A stretch of DNA of 64,000 nt, from NCBI GenBank assembly GCA_046563655.1, contig JAJCTO010000010.1, positions 372,001-436,000 on the forward strand. The letters run 5' to 3'. Position numbers and translations under genes: made by a program. Below are positions 1-14,100 of the stretch, in pieces. The notes beneath the pieces were generated by a model, which saw only the letters and a program-made list of their open reading frames with translations, was not told the DNA's origin and did not search any database. Position 1 is the stretch's first letter. Each line of letters opens with the position of its first letter. This stretch comes from Yuukianura sp. NJ FZ-2021. Its lineage: Eukaryota.

Positions 1-3000
1 CGATCAGCGGAAACTTGACCAACGTGGATTCGACGTCGTGAGTTCGAATATTTACTTTCAAATTAATTTCTCAAAACTGTGTAAATGTAGTGTCTTTGGG
101 TCGCTATAAAAAGAGTATCTTCTAGAACCAGGTATATTCCTTCCATCCCGCTGGAAAGTATTACAGCAAACTTTGTTTCCCTCTAAGTCTCGACAGCGTG
201 TTGAGATCCTCGGAAACTTGACCAACGTGGATTCGAAGTCGTGAGTTGGAATATTTACCTTCAAATTTATTTCTCAAAACTGTGTAAATGTAGCGTTTTT
301 GGGTCGCTATAAAAACAGCATCCTCCAGAACTAGGTAATTTATTTCCATGCCGAAGAACCACAATACATCCAAATATTTTGTTTCCGTTTACGTCTCGGC
401 AGCGTGATGCGATCAGCGGGAACTTGACGAACGTGGATTCCAAGTCGTGAGTTCGAAAATTTGCCTTCAAATTTATTTCTCAAAACTGTGTAAATGTAGC
501 GTCTTTGGGTCGCTATAAAAAGAGTATCTTCTAGAACCAGGTAAATTCCTTCCATCCCGCTGGAAAGTATTACAGCAAACTTTGTTTCCCTCTAAGTCTC
601 GACAGCGTGTTGAGATCCTCGGAAACTTGACCAACGTGGATTCGAAGTCGTGAGTTGGAATATTTACCTTCAAATTTATTTCTCAAAACTGTGTAAATAT
701 AGCGTTTTTGGGTCGCTATAAAAACAGCATCCTCCAGAACTAGGTAATTTATTTCCATGCCGAAGAACCACAATACATCCAAATATTTTGTTTCCGTTTA
801 CGTCTCAGCAGCGTGATGCGATCAGCGGGAACTTGACGAACGTGGATTCCAAGTCGTGAGTTCGAAAATTTGCCTTCAAATTTATTTCTCAAAACTGTGT
901 AAATGTAGCGTCTTTGTGTCGCTATAAAAAGAGTATCTTCTAGAACCAGGTAAATTTTTTCCATCCCGGTGGAAAGTATTACAGCAAACTTTGTTTCCCT
1001 CTAAGTCTCGGCAGCGTGTTGCGATCATCGGAAACTTGACCAACGTGGATTCGACGTCGTGAGTTCGAATATTTACCTTCAAATTAATTTCTCAAAACTG
1101 TGTAAATGTAGCGTTTTTGGGTCGCTATAAAAACAGCATCCTCCAGAACTAGGTAATTTATTTCCATGCCGAAGAACCACAATACATCCAAATATTTTGT
1201 TTCCGTTTAGGTCTCGGCAGCGTGATGCGATCAGCGGAAACTTCACCAACGTGGATTCCAAGTCGTGAGTTCGAATATTTACCGTCAAATTTATTTCTCA
1301 AAACTGTGTAAATGTAGCGTCTTTGGGTCGCTATAAAAACAGCATCCTCCAGAACTAGGTAATTTATTTCCATGCCGAAGAACCACAATACATCCAAATA
1401 TTTTGTTTCCGTTTACGTCTCGGGAGCGTGATGCGATCAGCGGAAACTTCACCAACGTGGATTCCAAGTCGTGAGTTCGAATATTTACCGTCAAATTTAT
1501 TTCTCAAAACTGTGTAAATGTAGCGTCTTTGGGTCGCTATAAAAAGAGTATCTTCTAGAACCAGGTATATTCCTTCCATCCCGCTGGAAAGTATTACAGC
1601 AAACTTTGTTTCCCTCTAAGTCTCGACAGCGTGTTGAGATCCTCGGAAACTTGACCAACGTGGATTCGAAGTCGTGAGTTGGAATATTTACCTTCAAATT
1701 TATTTCTCAAAACTGTGTAAATGTAGCGTTTTTGGGTCGCTATAAAAACAGCATCCTCCAGAACTAGGTAATTTATTTCCATGCCGAAGAACCACAATAC
1801 ATCCAAATATTTTGTTTCCGTTTACGTCTCGGCAGCGTGATGCGATCAGCGGAACTTGACGAACGTGGATTCCAAGTCGTGAGTTCGAAAATTTGCCTTC
1901 AAATTTATTTCTCAAAACTGTGTAAATGTAGCGTCTTTGGGTCGCTATAAAAAGAGTATCTTCTAGAACCAGGTAAATTCCTTCCATCCCGCTGGAAAGT
2001 ATTACAGCAAACTTTGTTTCCCTCTAAGTCTCGACAGCGTGTTGAGATCCTCGGAAACTTGACCAACGTGGATTCGAAGTCGTGAGTTGGAATATTTACC
2101 TTCAAATTTATTTCTCAAAACTGTGTAAATATAGCGTTTTTGGGTCGCTATAAAAACAGCATCCTCCAGAACTAGGTAATTTATTTCCATGCCGAAGAAC
2201 CACAATACATCCAAATATTTTGTTTCCGTTTACGTCTCAGCAGCGTGATGCGATCAGCGGGAACTTGACGAACGTGGATTCCAAGTCGTGAGTTCGAAAA
2301 TTTGCCTTCAAATTTATTTCTCAAAACTGTGTAAATGTAGCGTCTTTGGGTCGCTATAAAAAGAGTATCTTCTAGAACCAGGTAAATTCCTTCCATCCCG
2401 CTGAAAAGTATTACAGCAAACTTTGTTTCCCTCTAAGTCTCGGCAGCGTGATGCGATCAGCGGAAACTTCACCAACGTGGATTCCAAGTCGTGAGTTCGA
2501 ATATTTACCGTCAAATTTATTTCTCAAAACTGTGTAAATGTAGCGTCTTTGGGTCGCTATAAAAAGAGTATCTTCTAGAACCAGGTAAATTTTTTCCATC
2601 CCGCTGGAAAGTATTACAGCAAACTTTGTTTCCCTCTAAGTCTCGGCAGCGTGTTGCGATCATCGGAAACTTGACCAACGTGGATTCGAAGTCGTGAGTT
2701 GGAATATTTACCTTCAAATTTATTTCTCAAAACTGTGTAAATGTAGCGTCTTTGGGTCGCTATAAAAAGAGTATCTTCTAGAACCAGGTAAATTCCTTCC
2801 ATCCCGGTGGAAAGTATTACAGCAAACTTTGTTTCCCTCTAAGTCTCGGCAGCATGTTGCGATCATCGGAAACTTGACCAACGTGGATTCGACGTCGTGA
2901 GTTCGAATATTTACTTTCAAATTAATTTCTCAAAACTGTGTAAATGTAGTGTCTTTGGGTCGCTATAAAAAGAGTATCTTCTAGAACCAGGTAAATTCCT

Positions 3001-5179
3001 TCCATCCCGCTGGAATGTATTACAGCAAACTTTGTTTCCCTCTAAGTCTCGGCAGCGTGATGCGATCAGCGGAAACTTCACCAACGTGGATTCCAAGTCG
3101 TGAGTTCGAATATTTACCGTCAAATTTATTTCTCAAAACTGTGTAAATGTAGCGTCTTTGGGTCGCTATAAAAAGAGTATCTTCTAGAACCAGGTAAATT
3201 TTTTCCATCCCGCTGGAAAGTATTACAGCAAACTTTGTTTCCCTCTAAGTCTCGGCAGCGTGTTGCGATCATCGGAAACTTGACCAACGTGGATTCGAAG
3301 TCGTGAGTTGGAATATTTACCTTCAAATTTATTTCTCAAAACTGTGTAAATGTAGCGTTTTTGGATCGCTATAAAAACAGCATCCTCCAGAACTAGGTAA
3401 TTTATTTCCATGCCGAAGAACCACAATACATCCAAATATTATGTTTCCGTTTACGTCTCGGCAGCGTGATGCGATCAGCGGGAACTTGACGAACGTGGAT
3501 TCCAAGTCGTGAGTTCGAAAATTTGCCTTCAAATTTATTTCTCAAAACTGTGTAAATGTAGCGTCTTTGGGTCGCTATAAAAAGAGTATCTTCTAGAACC
3601 AGGTAAATTCCTTCCATCCCGCTGGAATGTATTACAGCAAACTTTGTTTCCCTCTAAGTCTCGGCAGCATGTTGCGATCCTCGGAAACTTGACCAACGTG
3701 GATTCGAAGTCGTGAGTTGGAATATTTACCTTCAAATTTATTTCTCAAAACTGTGTAAATGTAGCGTCTTTGGGTCGCTATAAAAAGAGTATCTTCTAGA
3801 ACCAGGTAAATTCCTTCCATCCCGCTGAAAAGTATTACAGCAAACTTTGTTTCCCTCTAAGTCTCGGCAGCGTGATGCGATCAGCGGAAACTTCACCAAC
3901 GTGGATTCCAAGTCGTGAGTTCGAATATTTACCGTCAAATTTATTTCTCAAAACTGTGTAAATGTAGCGTCTTTGGGTCGCTATAAAAAGAGTATCTTCT
4001 AGAACCAGGTAAATTTTTTCCATCCCGCTGGAAAGTATTACAGCAAACTTTGTTTCCCTCTAAGTCTCGGCAGCGTGTTGCGATCATCGGAAACTTGACC
4101 AACGTGGATTCGAAGTCGTGAGTTGGAATATTTACCTTCAAATTTATTTCTCAAAACTGTGTAAATGTAGCGTTTTTGGATCGCTATAAAAACAGCATCC
4201 TCCAGAACTAGGTAATTTATTTCCATGCCGAAGAACCACAATACATCCAAATATTATGTTTCCGTTTACGTCTCGGCAGCGTGATGCGATCAGCGGGAAC
4301 TTGACGAACGTGGATTCCAAGTCGTGAGTTCGAAAATTTGCCTTCAAATTAATTTCTCAAAACTGTGTAAATGTAGTGTCTTTGGGTCGCTATAAAAAGA
4401 GTATCTTCTAGAACCAGGTAAATTCCTTCCATCCCGCTGGAATGTATTACAGCAAACTTTGTTTCCCTCTAAGTCTCGACAGCGTGTTGAGATCCTCGGA
4501 AACTTGACCAACGTGGATTCGAAGTCGTGAGTTGGAATATTTACCTTCAAATTTATTTCTCAAAACTGTGTAAATGTAGCGTTTTTGGATCGCTATAAAA
4601 ACAGCATCCTCCAGAACTAGGTAATTTATTTCCATGCCGAAGAACCACAATACATCCAAATATTTTGTTTCCGTTTACGTCTCGGGAGCGTGATGCGATC
4701 AGCGGAAACTTCACCAACGTGGATTCCAAGTCGTGAGTTCGAATATTTACCGTCAAATTTATTTCTCAAAACTGTGTAAATGTAGCGTCTTTGGGTCGCT
4801 ATAAAAAGAGTATCTTCTAGAACCAGGTAAATTTTTTCCATCCCGCTGGAAAGTATTACAGCAAACTTTGTTTCCCTCTAAGTCTCGGCAGCGTGTTGCG
4901 ATCATCGGAAACTTGACCAACGTGGATTCGAAGTCGTGAGTTGGAATATTTACCTTCAAATTTATTTCTCAAAACTGTGTAAATGTAGCGTCTTTGGGTC
5001 GCTATAAAAAGAGTATCTTCTAGAACCAGGTAAATTCCTTCCATCCCGGTGGAAAGTATTACAGCAAACTTTGTTTCCCTCTAAGTCTCGACAGCGTGTT
5101 GAGATCCTCGGAAACTTGACCAACGTGGATTCGAAGTCGTGAGTTGGAATATTTACCTTCAAATTTATTTCTCAAAACT
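1..5179. repeat. Satellite 1: tandem array of two related monomers, A (203 bp) and B (206 bp), about 25 full copies
   Basis: The motif aaatt(t/a)atttctcaaaactgtgtaaat recurs every 203-206 bp. A carries gagtatcttctagaaccagg; B carries cagcatcctccagaactagg. Order read from ~61: ABABABBABABAAAAABAAABABAA. The array runs off the left edge. Confidence 0.97.
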
Positions 5180-5180
5180 C

Positions 5181-8100
5181 AGGGGGTTAAATTGCTCTGC
5201 AAATTCACAAAATGGCTGTATCTCGAGAAATATGGATTTCCGGTGAAATCTAATTGCAAATTCGGATTCACCGACTTGAAATTGATGTGAGTACACTATC
5301 AAAGGTGGGTATTTAGAAAGGCAGTTTTTCTAGAATTTTGAAGGGGGTTAAATTGCTCTGCAAATTCACAAAATGGCTGTATCTCGAGAAATATGGATTT
5401 CCGGTGAAATCTAATTGCAAATTCCGATTCACCGACTTGAAATTGATGTGAGTACACTATCAAAGGTGGGTATTTAGAAAGGCAGTTTTTCTAGAATTTT
5501 GAAGGGGGTTAAATTGCTCTGCAAATTCACAAAATGGCTGTATCTCGAGAAATATGGATTTCCGGTGAAATCTAATTGCAAATTCCGATTCACCGACTTG
5601 AAATTGATGTGAGTACACTATCAAAGGTGGGTATTTAGAAAGGCAGTTTTTCTAGAATTTTGAAGGGGTTAAATTGCTCTGCAAATTCACAAAATGGCTG
5701 TATCTCGAGAAATATGGATTTCCGGTGAAATCTAATTGCAAATTCCGATTCACCGACTTGAAATTGATGTGAGTACACTATCAAAGGTGGGTATTTAGAA
5801 AGGCAGTTTTTCTAGAATTTTGAAGGGGTAAAATTGCCCTGCAAATTCACAAAATGGCTGTATCTCGAGAAATATGGATTTCCGGTGAAATCTAATTGCA
5901 AATTCGGATTCACCGACTTGAAATTGATGTGAGTACACTATCAAAGGTGGGTATTTAGAAAGGCAGTTTTTCTAGAATTTTGAAGGGGTTAAATTGCTCT
6001 GCAAATTCACAAAATGGCTGTATCTCGAGAAATATGGATTTCCGGTGAAATCTAATTGCAAATTCCGATTCACCGACTTGAAATTGATGTGAGTACACTA
6101 TCAAAGGTGGGTATTTAGAAAGGCAGTTTTTCTAGAATTTTGAAGCGGGTTAAATTGCTCTGCAAATTCACAAAATGGCTGTATCTCGAGAAATATGGAT
6201 TTCCGGTGAAATCTAATTGCAAATTCCGATTCACCGACTTGAAATTGATGTGAGTACACTATCAAAGGTGGGTATTTAGAAAGGCAGTTTTTCTAGAATT
6301 TTGAAGGGGTTTAAATTGCTCTGCAAATTCACAAAATGGCTGTATCTCGAGAAATATGGATTTCCGGTGAAATCTAATTGCAAATTCCGATTCACCGACT
6401 TGAAATTGATGTGAGTACACTATCAAAGGTGGGTATTTAGAAAGGCAGTTTTTCTAGAATTTTGAAGGGGTTAAATTGCTCTGCAAATTCACAAAATGGC
6501 TGTATCTCGAGAAATATGGATTTCCGGTGAAATCTAATTGCAAATTCCGATTCACCGACTTGAAATTGATGTGAGTACACTATCAAAGGTGGGTATTTAG
6601 AAAGGCAGTTTTTCTAGAATTTTGAAGGGGGTTAAATTGCTCTGCAAATTCACAAAATGGCTGTATCTCGAGAAATATGGATTTCCGGTGAAATCTAATT
6701 GCAAATTCCGATTCACCGACTTGAAATTGATGTGAGTACACTATCAAAGGTGGGTATTTAGAAAGGCAGTTTTTCTAGAATTTTGAAGGGGGTTAAATTG
6801 CTCTGCAAATTCACAAAATGGCTGTATCTCGAGAAATATGGATTTCCGGTGAAATCTAATTGCAAATTCCGATTCACCGACTTGAAATTGATGTGAGTAC
6901 ACTATCAAAGGTGGGTATTTAGAAAGGCAGTTTTTCTAGAATTTTGAAGGGGTTAAATTGCTCTGCAAATTCACAAAATGGCTGTATCTCGAGAAATATG
7001 GATTTCCGGTGAAATCTAATTGCAAATTCCGATTCACCGACTTGAAATTGATGTGAGTACACTATCAAAGGTGGGTATTTAGAAAGGCAGTTTTTCTAGA
7101 ATTTTGAAGGGGGTTAAATTGCTCTGCAAATTCACAAAATGGCTGTATCTCGAGAAATATGGATTTCCGGTGAAATCTAATTGCAAATTCGGATTCACCG
7201 ACTTGAAATTGATGTGAGTACACTATCAAAGGTGGGTATTTAGAAAGGCAGTTTTTCTAGAATTTTGAAGGGGGTTAAATTGCTCTGCAAATTCACAAAA
7301 TGGCTGTATCTCGAGAAATATGGATTTCCGGTGAAATCTAATTGCAAATTCCGATTCACCGACTTGAAATTGATGTGAGTACACTATCAAAGGTGGGTAT
7401 TTAGAAAGGCAGTTTTTCTAGAATTTTGAAGGGGGTTAAATTGCTCTGCAAATTCACAAAATGGCTGTATCTCGAGAAATATGGATTTCCGGTGAAATCT
7501 AATTGCAAATTCCGATTCACCGACTTGAAATTGATGTGAGTACACTATCAAAGGTGGGTATTTAGAAAGGCAGTTTTTCTAGAATTTTGAAGGGGTTAAA
7601 TTGCTCTGCAAATTCACAAAATGGCTGTATCTCGAGAAATATGGATTTCCGGTGAAATCTAATTGCAAATTCCGATTCACCGACTTGAAATTGATGTGAG
7701 TACACTATCAAAGGTGGGTATTTAGAAAGGCAGTTTTTCTAGAATTTTGAAGGGGTTAAATTGCTCTGCAAATTCACAAAATGGCTGTATCTCGAGAAAT
7801 ATGGATTTCCGGTGAAATCTAATTGCAAATTCCGATTCACCGACTTGAAATTGATGTGAGTACACTATCAAAGGTGGGTATTTAGAAAGGCAGTTTTTCT
7901 AGAATTTTGAATGGGGTTAAATTGCTCTGCAAATTCACAAAATGGCTGTATCTCGAGAAATATGGATTTCCGGTGAAATCTAATTGCAAATTCGGATTCA
8001 CCGACTTGAAATTGATGTGAGTACACTATCAAAGGTGGGTATTTAGAAAGGCAGTTTTTCTAGAATTTTGTAAGAGGAAAAATTGCCCTGCAAATTCACA

Positions 8101-11100
8101 AAATGGCTGTATCTCGAGAAATATGGATTTCCGGTGAAATCTAATTGCAAATTCCGATTCACCGACTTGAAATTGATGTGAGTACACTATCAAAGGTGGG
8201 TATTTAGAAAGGCAGTTTTTCTAGAATTTTGTAGGCCGTAAAATTGCTCTGCAAATTCACAAAATGGCTGTATCTCGAGAAATATGGATTTCCGGTGAAA
8301 TCTAATTGCAAATTCCGATTCACCGACTTGAAATTGATGTGAGTACACTATCAAAGGTGGGTATTTAGAAAGGCAGTTTTTCTAGAATTTTGAAGGGGGT
8401 TAAATTGCTCTGCAAATTCACAAAATGGCTGTATCTCGAGAAATATGGATTTCCGGTGAAATCTAATTGCAAATTCCGATTCACCGACTTGAAATTGATG
8501 TGAGTACACTATCAAAGGTGGGTATTTAGAAAGGCAGTTTTTCTAGAATTTTGAAGGGGGTTAAATTGCTCTGCAAATTCACAAAATGGCTGTATCTCGA
8601 GAAATATGGATTTCCGGTGAAATCTAATTGCAAATTCCGATTCACCGACTTGAAATTGATGTGAGTACACTATCAAAGGTGGGTATTTAGAAAGGCAGTT
8701 TTTCTAGAATTTTGAAGGGCGTAAAATTGCTCTGCAAATTCACAAAATGGCTGTATCTCGAGAAATATGGATTTCCGGTGAAATCTAATTGCAAATTCCG
8801 ATTCACCGACTTGAAATTGATGTGAGTACACTATCAAAGGTGGGTATTTAGAAAGGCAGTTTTTCTAGAATTTTGAAGGGGTTAAATTGCTCTGCAAATT
8901 CACAAAATGGCTGTATCTCGAGAAATATGGATTTCCGGTGAAATCTAATTGCAAATTCCGATTCACCGACTTGAAATTGATGTGAGTACACTATCAAAGG
9001 TGGGTATTTAGAAAGGCAGTTTTTCTAGAATTTTGAAGGGGTTAAATTGCTCTGCAAATTCACAAAATGGCTGTATCTCGAGAAATATGGATTTCCGGTG
9101 AAATCTAATTGCAAATTCGGATTCACCGACTTGAAATTGATGTGAGTACACTATCAAAGGTGGGTATTTAGAAAGGCAGTTTTTCTAGAATTTTGAAGGG
9201 GGTTAAATTGCTCTGCAAATTCACAAAATGGCTGTATCTCGAGAAATATGGATTTCCGGTGAAATCTAATTGCAAATTCCGATTCACCGACTTGAAATTG
9301 ATGTGAGTACACTATCAAAGGTGGGTATTTAGAAAGGCAGTTTTTCTAGAATTTTGATAAATTGCTCTGCAAATTCACAAAATGGCTGTATCTCGAGAAA
9401 TATGGATTTCCGGTGAAATCTAATTGCAAATTCCGATTCACCGACTTGAAATTGATGTGAGTACACTATCAAAGGTGGGTATTTAGAAAGGCAGTTTTTC
9501 TAGAATTTTGAAGGGGGTAAAATTGCTCTGCAAATTCACAAAATGGCTGTATCTCGAGAAATATGGATTTCCGGTGAAATCTAATTGCAAATTCCGATTC
9601 ACCGACTTGAAATTGATGTGAGTACACTATCAAAGGTGGGTATTTAGAAAGGCAGTTTTTCTAGAATTTTGAAGGGCGTAAAATTGCTCTGCAAATTCAC
9701 AAAATGGCTGTATCTCGAGAAATATGGATTTCCGGTGAAATCTAATTGCAAATTCCGATTCACCGACTTGAAATTGATGTGAGTACACTATCAAAGGTGG
9801 GTATTTAGAAAGGCAGTTTTTCTAGAATTTTGAAGGGGGTTAAATTGCTCTGCAAATTCACAAAATGGCTGTATCTCGAGAAATATGGATTTCCGGTGAA
9901 ATCTAATTGCAAATTCCGATTCACCGACTTGAAATTGATGTGAGTACACTATCAAAGGTGGGTATTTAGAAAGGCAGTTTTTCTAGAATTTTGAAGGGGT
10001 TAAATTGCTCTGCAAATTCACAAAATGGCTGTATCTCGAGAAATATGGATTTCCGGTGAAATCTAATTGCAAATTCCGATTCACCGACTTGAAATTGATG
10101 TGAGTACACTATCAAAGGTGGGTATTTAGAAAGGCAGTTTTTCTAGAATTTTGTAAGGGGAAAAATTGCTCTGCAAATTCACAAAATGGCTGTATCTCGA
10201 GAAATATGGATTTCCGGTGAAATCTAATTGCAAATTCCGATTCACCGACTTGAAATTGATGTGAGTACACTATCAAAGGTGGGTATTTAGAAAGGCAGTT
10301 TTTCTAGAATTTTGAAGGGGTTAAATTGCTCTGCAAATTCACAAAATGGCTGTATCTCGAGAAATATGGATTTCCGGTGAAATCTAATTGCAAATTCCGA
10401 TTCACCGACTTGAAATTGATGTGAGTACACTATCAAAGGTGGGTATTTAGAAAGGCAGTTTTTCTAGAATTTTGAAGGGGGTTAAATTGCTCTGCAAATT
10501 CACAAAATGGCTGTATCTCGAGAAATATGGATTTCCGGTGAAATCTAATTGCAAATTCCGATTCACCGACTTGAAATTGATGTGAGTACACTATCAAAGG
10601 TGGGTATTTAGAAAGGCAGTTTTTCTAGAATTTTGTAAGGGGAAAAATTGCTCTGCAAATTCACAAAATGGCTGTATCTCGAGAAATATGGATTTCCGGT
10701 GAAATCTAATTGCAAATTCCGATTCACCGACTTGAAATTGATGTGAGTACACTATCAAAGGTGGGTATTTAGAAAGGCAGTTTTTCTAGAATTTTGAAGG
10801 GAGTTAAATTGCTCTGCAAATTCACAAAATGGCTGTATCTCGAGAAATATGGATTTCCGGTGAAATCTAATTGCAAATTCCGATTCACCGACTTGAAATT
10901 GATGTGAGTACACTATCAAAGGTGGGTATTTAGAAAGGCAGTTTTTCTAGAATTTTGATAAATTGCTCTGCAAATTCACAAAATGGCTGTATCTCGAGAA
11001 ATATGGATTTCCGGTGAAATCTAATTGCAAATTCCGATTCACCGACTTGAAATTGATGTGAGTACACTATCAAAGGTGGGTATTTAGAAAGGCAGTTTTT

Positions 11101-14100
11101 CTAGAATTTTGAAGGGGTTAAATTGCTCTGCAAATTCACAAAATGGCTGTATCTCGAGAAATATGGATTTCCGGTGAAATCTAATTGCAAATTCCGATTC
11201 ACCGACTTGAAATTGATGTGAGTACACTATCAAAGGTGGGTATTTAGAAAGGCAGTTTTTCTAGAATTTTGAAGGGGTTAAATTGCTCTGCAAATTCACA
11301 AAATGGCTGTATCTCGAGAAATATGGATTTCCGGTGAAATCTAATTGCAAATTCGGATTCACCGACTTGAAATTGATGTGAGTACACTATCAAAGGTGGG
11401 TATTTAGAAAGGCAGTTTTTCTAGAATTTTGTAAGGGGAAAAATTGCTCTGCAAATTCACAAAATGGCTGTATCTCGAGAAATATGGATTTCCGGTGAAA
11501 TCTAATTGCAAATTCCGATTCACCGACTTGAAATTGATGTGAGTACACTATCAAAGGTGGGTATTTAGAAAGGCAGTTTTTCTAGAATTTTGAAGGGGTT
11601 AAATTGCTCTGCAAATTCACAAAATGGCTGTATCTCGAGAAATATGGATTTCCGGTGAAATCTAATTGCAAATTCCGATTCACCGACTTGAAATTGATGT
11701 GAGTACACTATCAAAGGTGGGTATTTAGAAAGGCAGTTTTTCTAGAATTTTGAAGGGGGTTAAATTGCTCTGCAAATTCACAAAATGGCTGTATCTCGAG
11801 AAATATGGATTTCCGGTGAAATCTAATTGCAAATTCCGATTCACCGACTTGAAATTGATGTGAGTACACTATCAAAGGTGGGTATTTAGAAAGGCAGTTT
11901 TTCTAGAATTTTGATAAATTGCTCTGCAAATTCACAAAATGGCTGTATCTCGAGAAATATGGATTTCCGGTGAAATCTAATTGCAAATTCCGATTCACCG
12001 ACTTGAAATTGATGTGAGTACACTATCAAAGGTGGGTATTTAGAAAGGCAGTTTTTCTAGAATTTTGAAGGGGTTAAATTGCTCTGCAAATTCACAAAAT
12101 GGCTGTATCTCGAGAAATATGGATTTCCGGTGAAATCTAATTGCAAATTCCGATTCACCGACTTGAAATTGATGTGAGTACACTATCAAAGGTGGGTATT
12201 TAGAAAGGCAGTTTTTCTAGAATTTTGAAGGGGGTTAAATTGCTCTGCAAATTCACAAAATGGCTGTATCTCGAGAAATATGGATTTCCGGTGAAATCTA
12301 ATTGCAAATTCCGATTCACCGACTTGAAATTGATGTGAGTACACTATCAAAGGTGGGTATTTAGAAAGGCAGTTTTTCTAGAATTTTGAAGGGGGTTAAA
12401 TTGCTCTGCAAATTCACAAAATGGCTGTATCTCGAGAAATATGGATTTCCGGTGAAATCTAATTGCAAATTCCGATTCACCGACTTGAAATTGATGTGAG
12501 TACACTATCAAAGGTGGGTATTTAGAAAGGCAGTTTTTCTAGAATTTTGAAGGGGGTTAAATTGCTCTGCAAATTCACAAAATGGCTGTATCTCGAGAAA
12601 TATGGATTTCCGGTGAAATCTAATTGCAAATTCCGATTCACCGACTTGAAATTGATGTGAGTACACTATCAAAGGTGGGTATTTAGAAAGGCAGTTTTTC
12701 TAGAATTTTGAAGGGGGTTAAATTGCTCTGCAAATTCACAAAATGGCTGTATCTCGAGAAATATGGATTTCCGGTGAAATCTAATTGCAAATTCCGATTC
12801 ACCGACTTGAAATTGATGTGAGTACACTATCAAAGGTGGGTATTTAGAAAGGCAGTTTTTCTAGAATTTTGTAAGGGGAAAAATTGCTCTGCAAATTCAC
12901 AAAATGGCTGTATCTCGAGAAATATGGATTTCCGGTGAAATCTAATTGCAAATTCCGATTCACCGACTTGAAATTGATGTGAGTACACTATCAAAGGTGG
13001 GTATTTAGAAAGGCAGTTTTTCTAGAATTTTGAAGGGGGTAAAATTGCTCTGCAAATTCACAAAATGGCTGTATCTCGAGAAATATGGATTTCCGGTGAA
13101 ATCTAATTGCAAATTCCGATTCACCGACTTGAAATTGATGTGAGTACACTATCAAAGGTGGGTATTTAGAAAGGCAGTTTTTCTAGAATTTTGAAAGGGG
13201 TTAAATTGCTCTGCAAATTCACAAAATGGCTGTATCTCGAGAAATATGGATTTCCGGTGAAATCTAATTGCAAATTCCGATTCACCGACTTGAAATTGAT
13301 GTGAGTACACTATCAAAGGTGGGTATTTAGAAAGGCAGTTTTTCTAGAATTTTGAAAGGGGTTAAATTGCTCTGCAAATTCACAAAATGGCTGTATCTCG
13401 AGAAATATGGATTTCCGGTGAAATCTAATTGCAAATTCCGATTCACCGACTTGAAATTGATGTGAGTACACTATCAAAGGTGGGTATTTAGAAAGGCAGT
13501 TTTTCTAGAATTTTGAAGGGGTTAAATTGCTCTGCAAATTCACAAAATGGCTGTATCTCGAGAAATATGGATTTCCGGTGAAATCTAATTGCAAATTCCG
13601 ATTCACCGACTTGAAATTGATGTGAGTACACTATCAAAGGTGGGTATTTAGAAAGGCAGTTTTTCTAGAATTTTGAAGGGGTTAAATTGCTCTGCAAATT
13701 CACAAAATGGCTGTATCTCGAGAAATATGGATTTCCGGTGAAATCTAATTGCAAATTCCGATTCACCGACTTGAAATTGATGTGAGTACACTATCAAAGG
13801 TGGGTATTTAGAAAGGCAGTTTTTCTAGAATTTTGAAGGGCGTAAAATTGCTCTGCAAATTCACAAAATGGCTGTATCTCGAGAAATATGGATTTCCGGT
13901 GAAATCTAATTGCAAATTCCGATTCACCGACTTGAAATTGATGTGAGTACACTATCAAAGGTGGGTATTTAGAAAGGCAGTTTTTCTAGAATTTTGAAGG
14001 GGTTAAATTGCTCTGCAAATTCACAAAATGGCTGTATCTCGAGAAATATGGATTTCCGGTGAAATCTAATTGCAAATTCCGATTCACCGACTTGAAATTG

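Noticed and set aside
58..5162. More than 40 short minus-strand ORFs of 62-95 aa in the ORF track
   Set aside because: They are translations of satellite monomers in overlapping frames, mostly with non-ATG starts and no recognisable domain.
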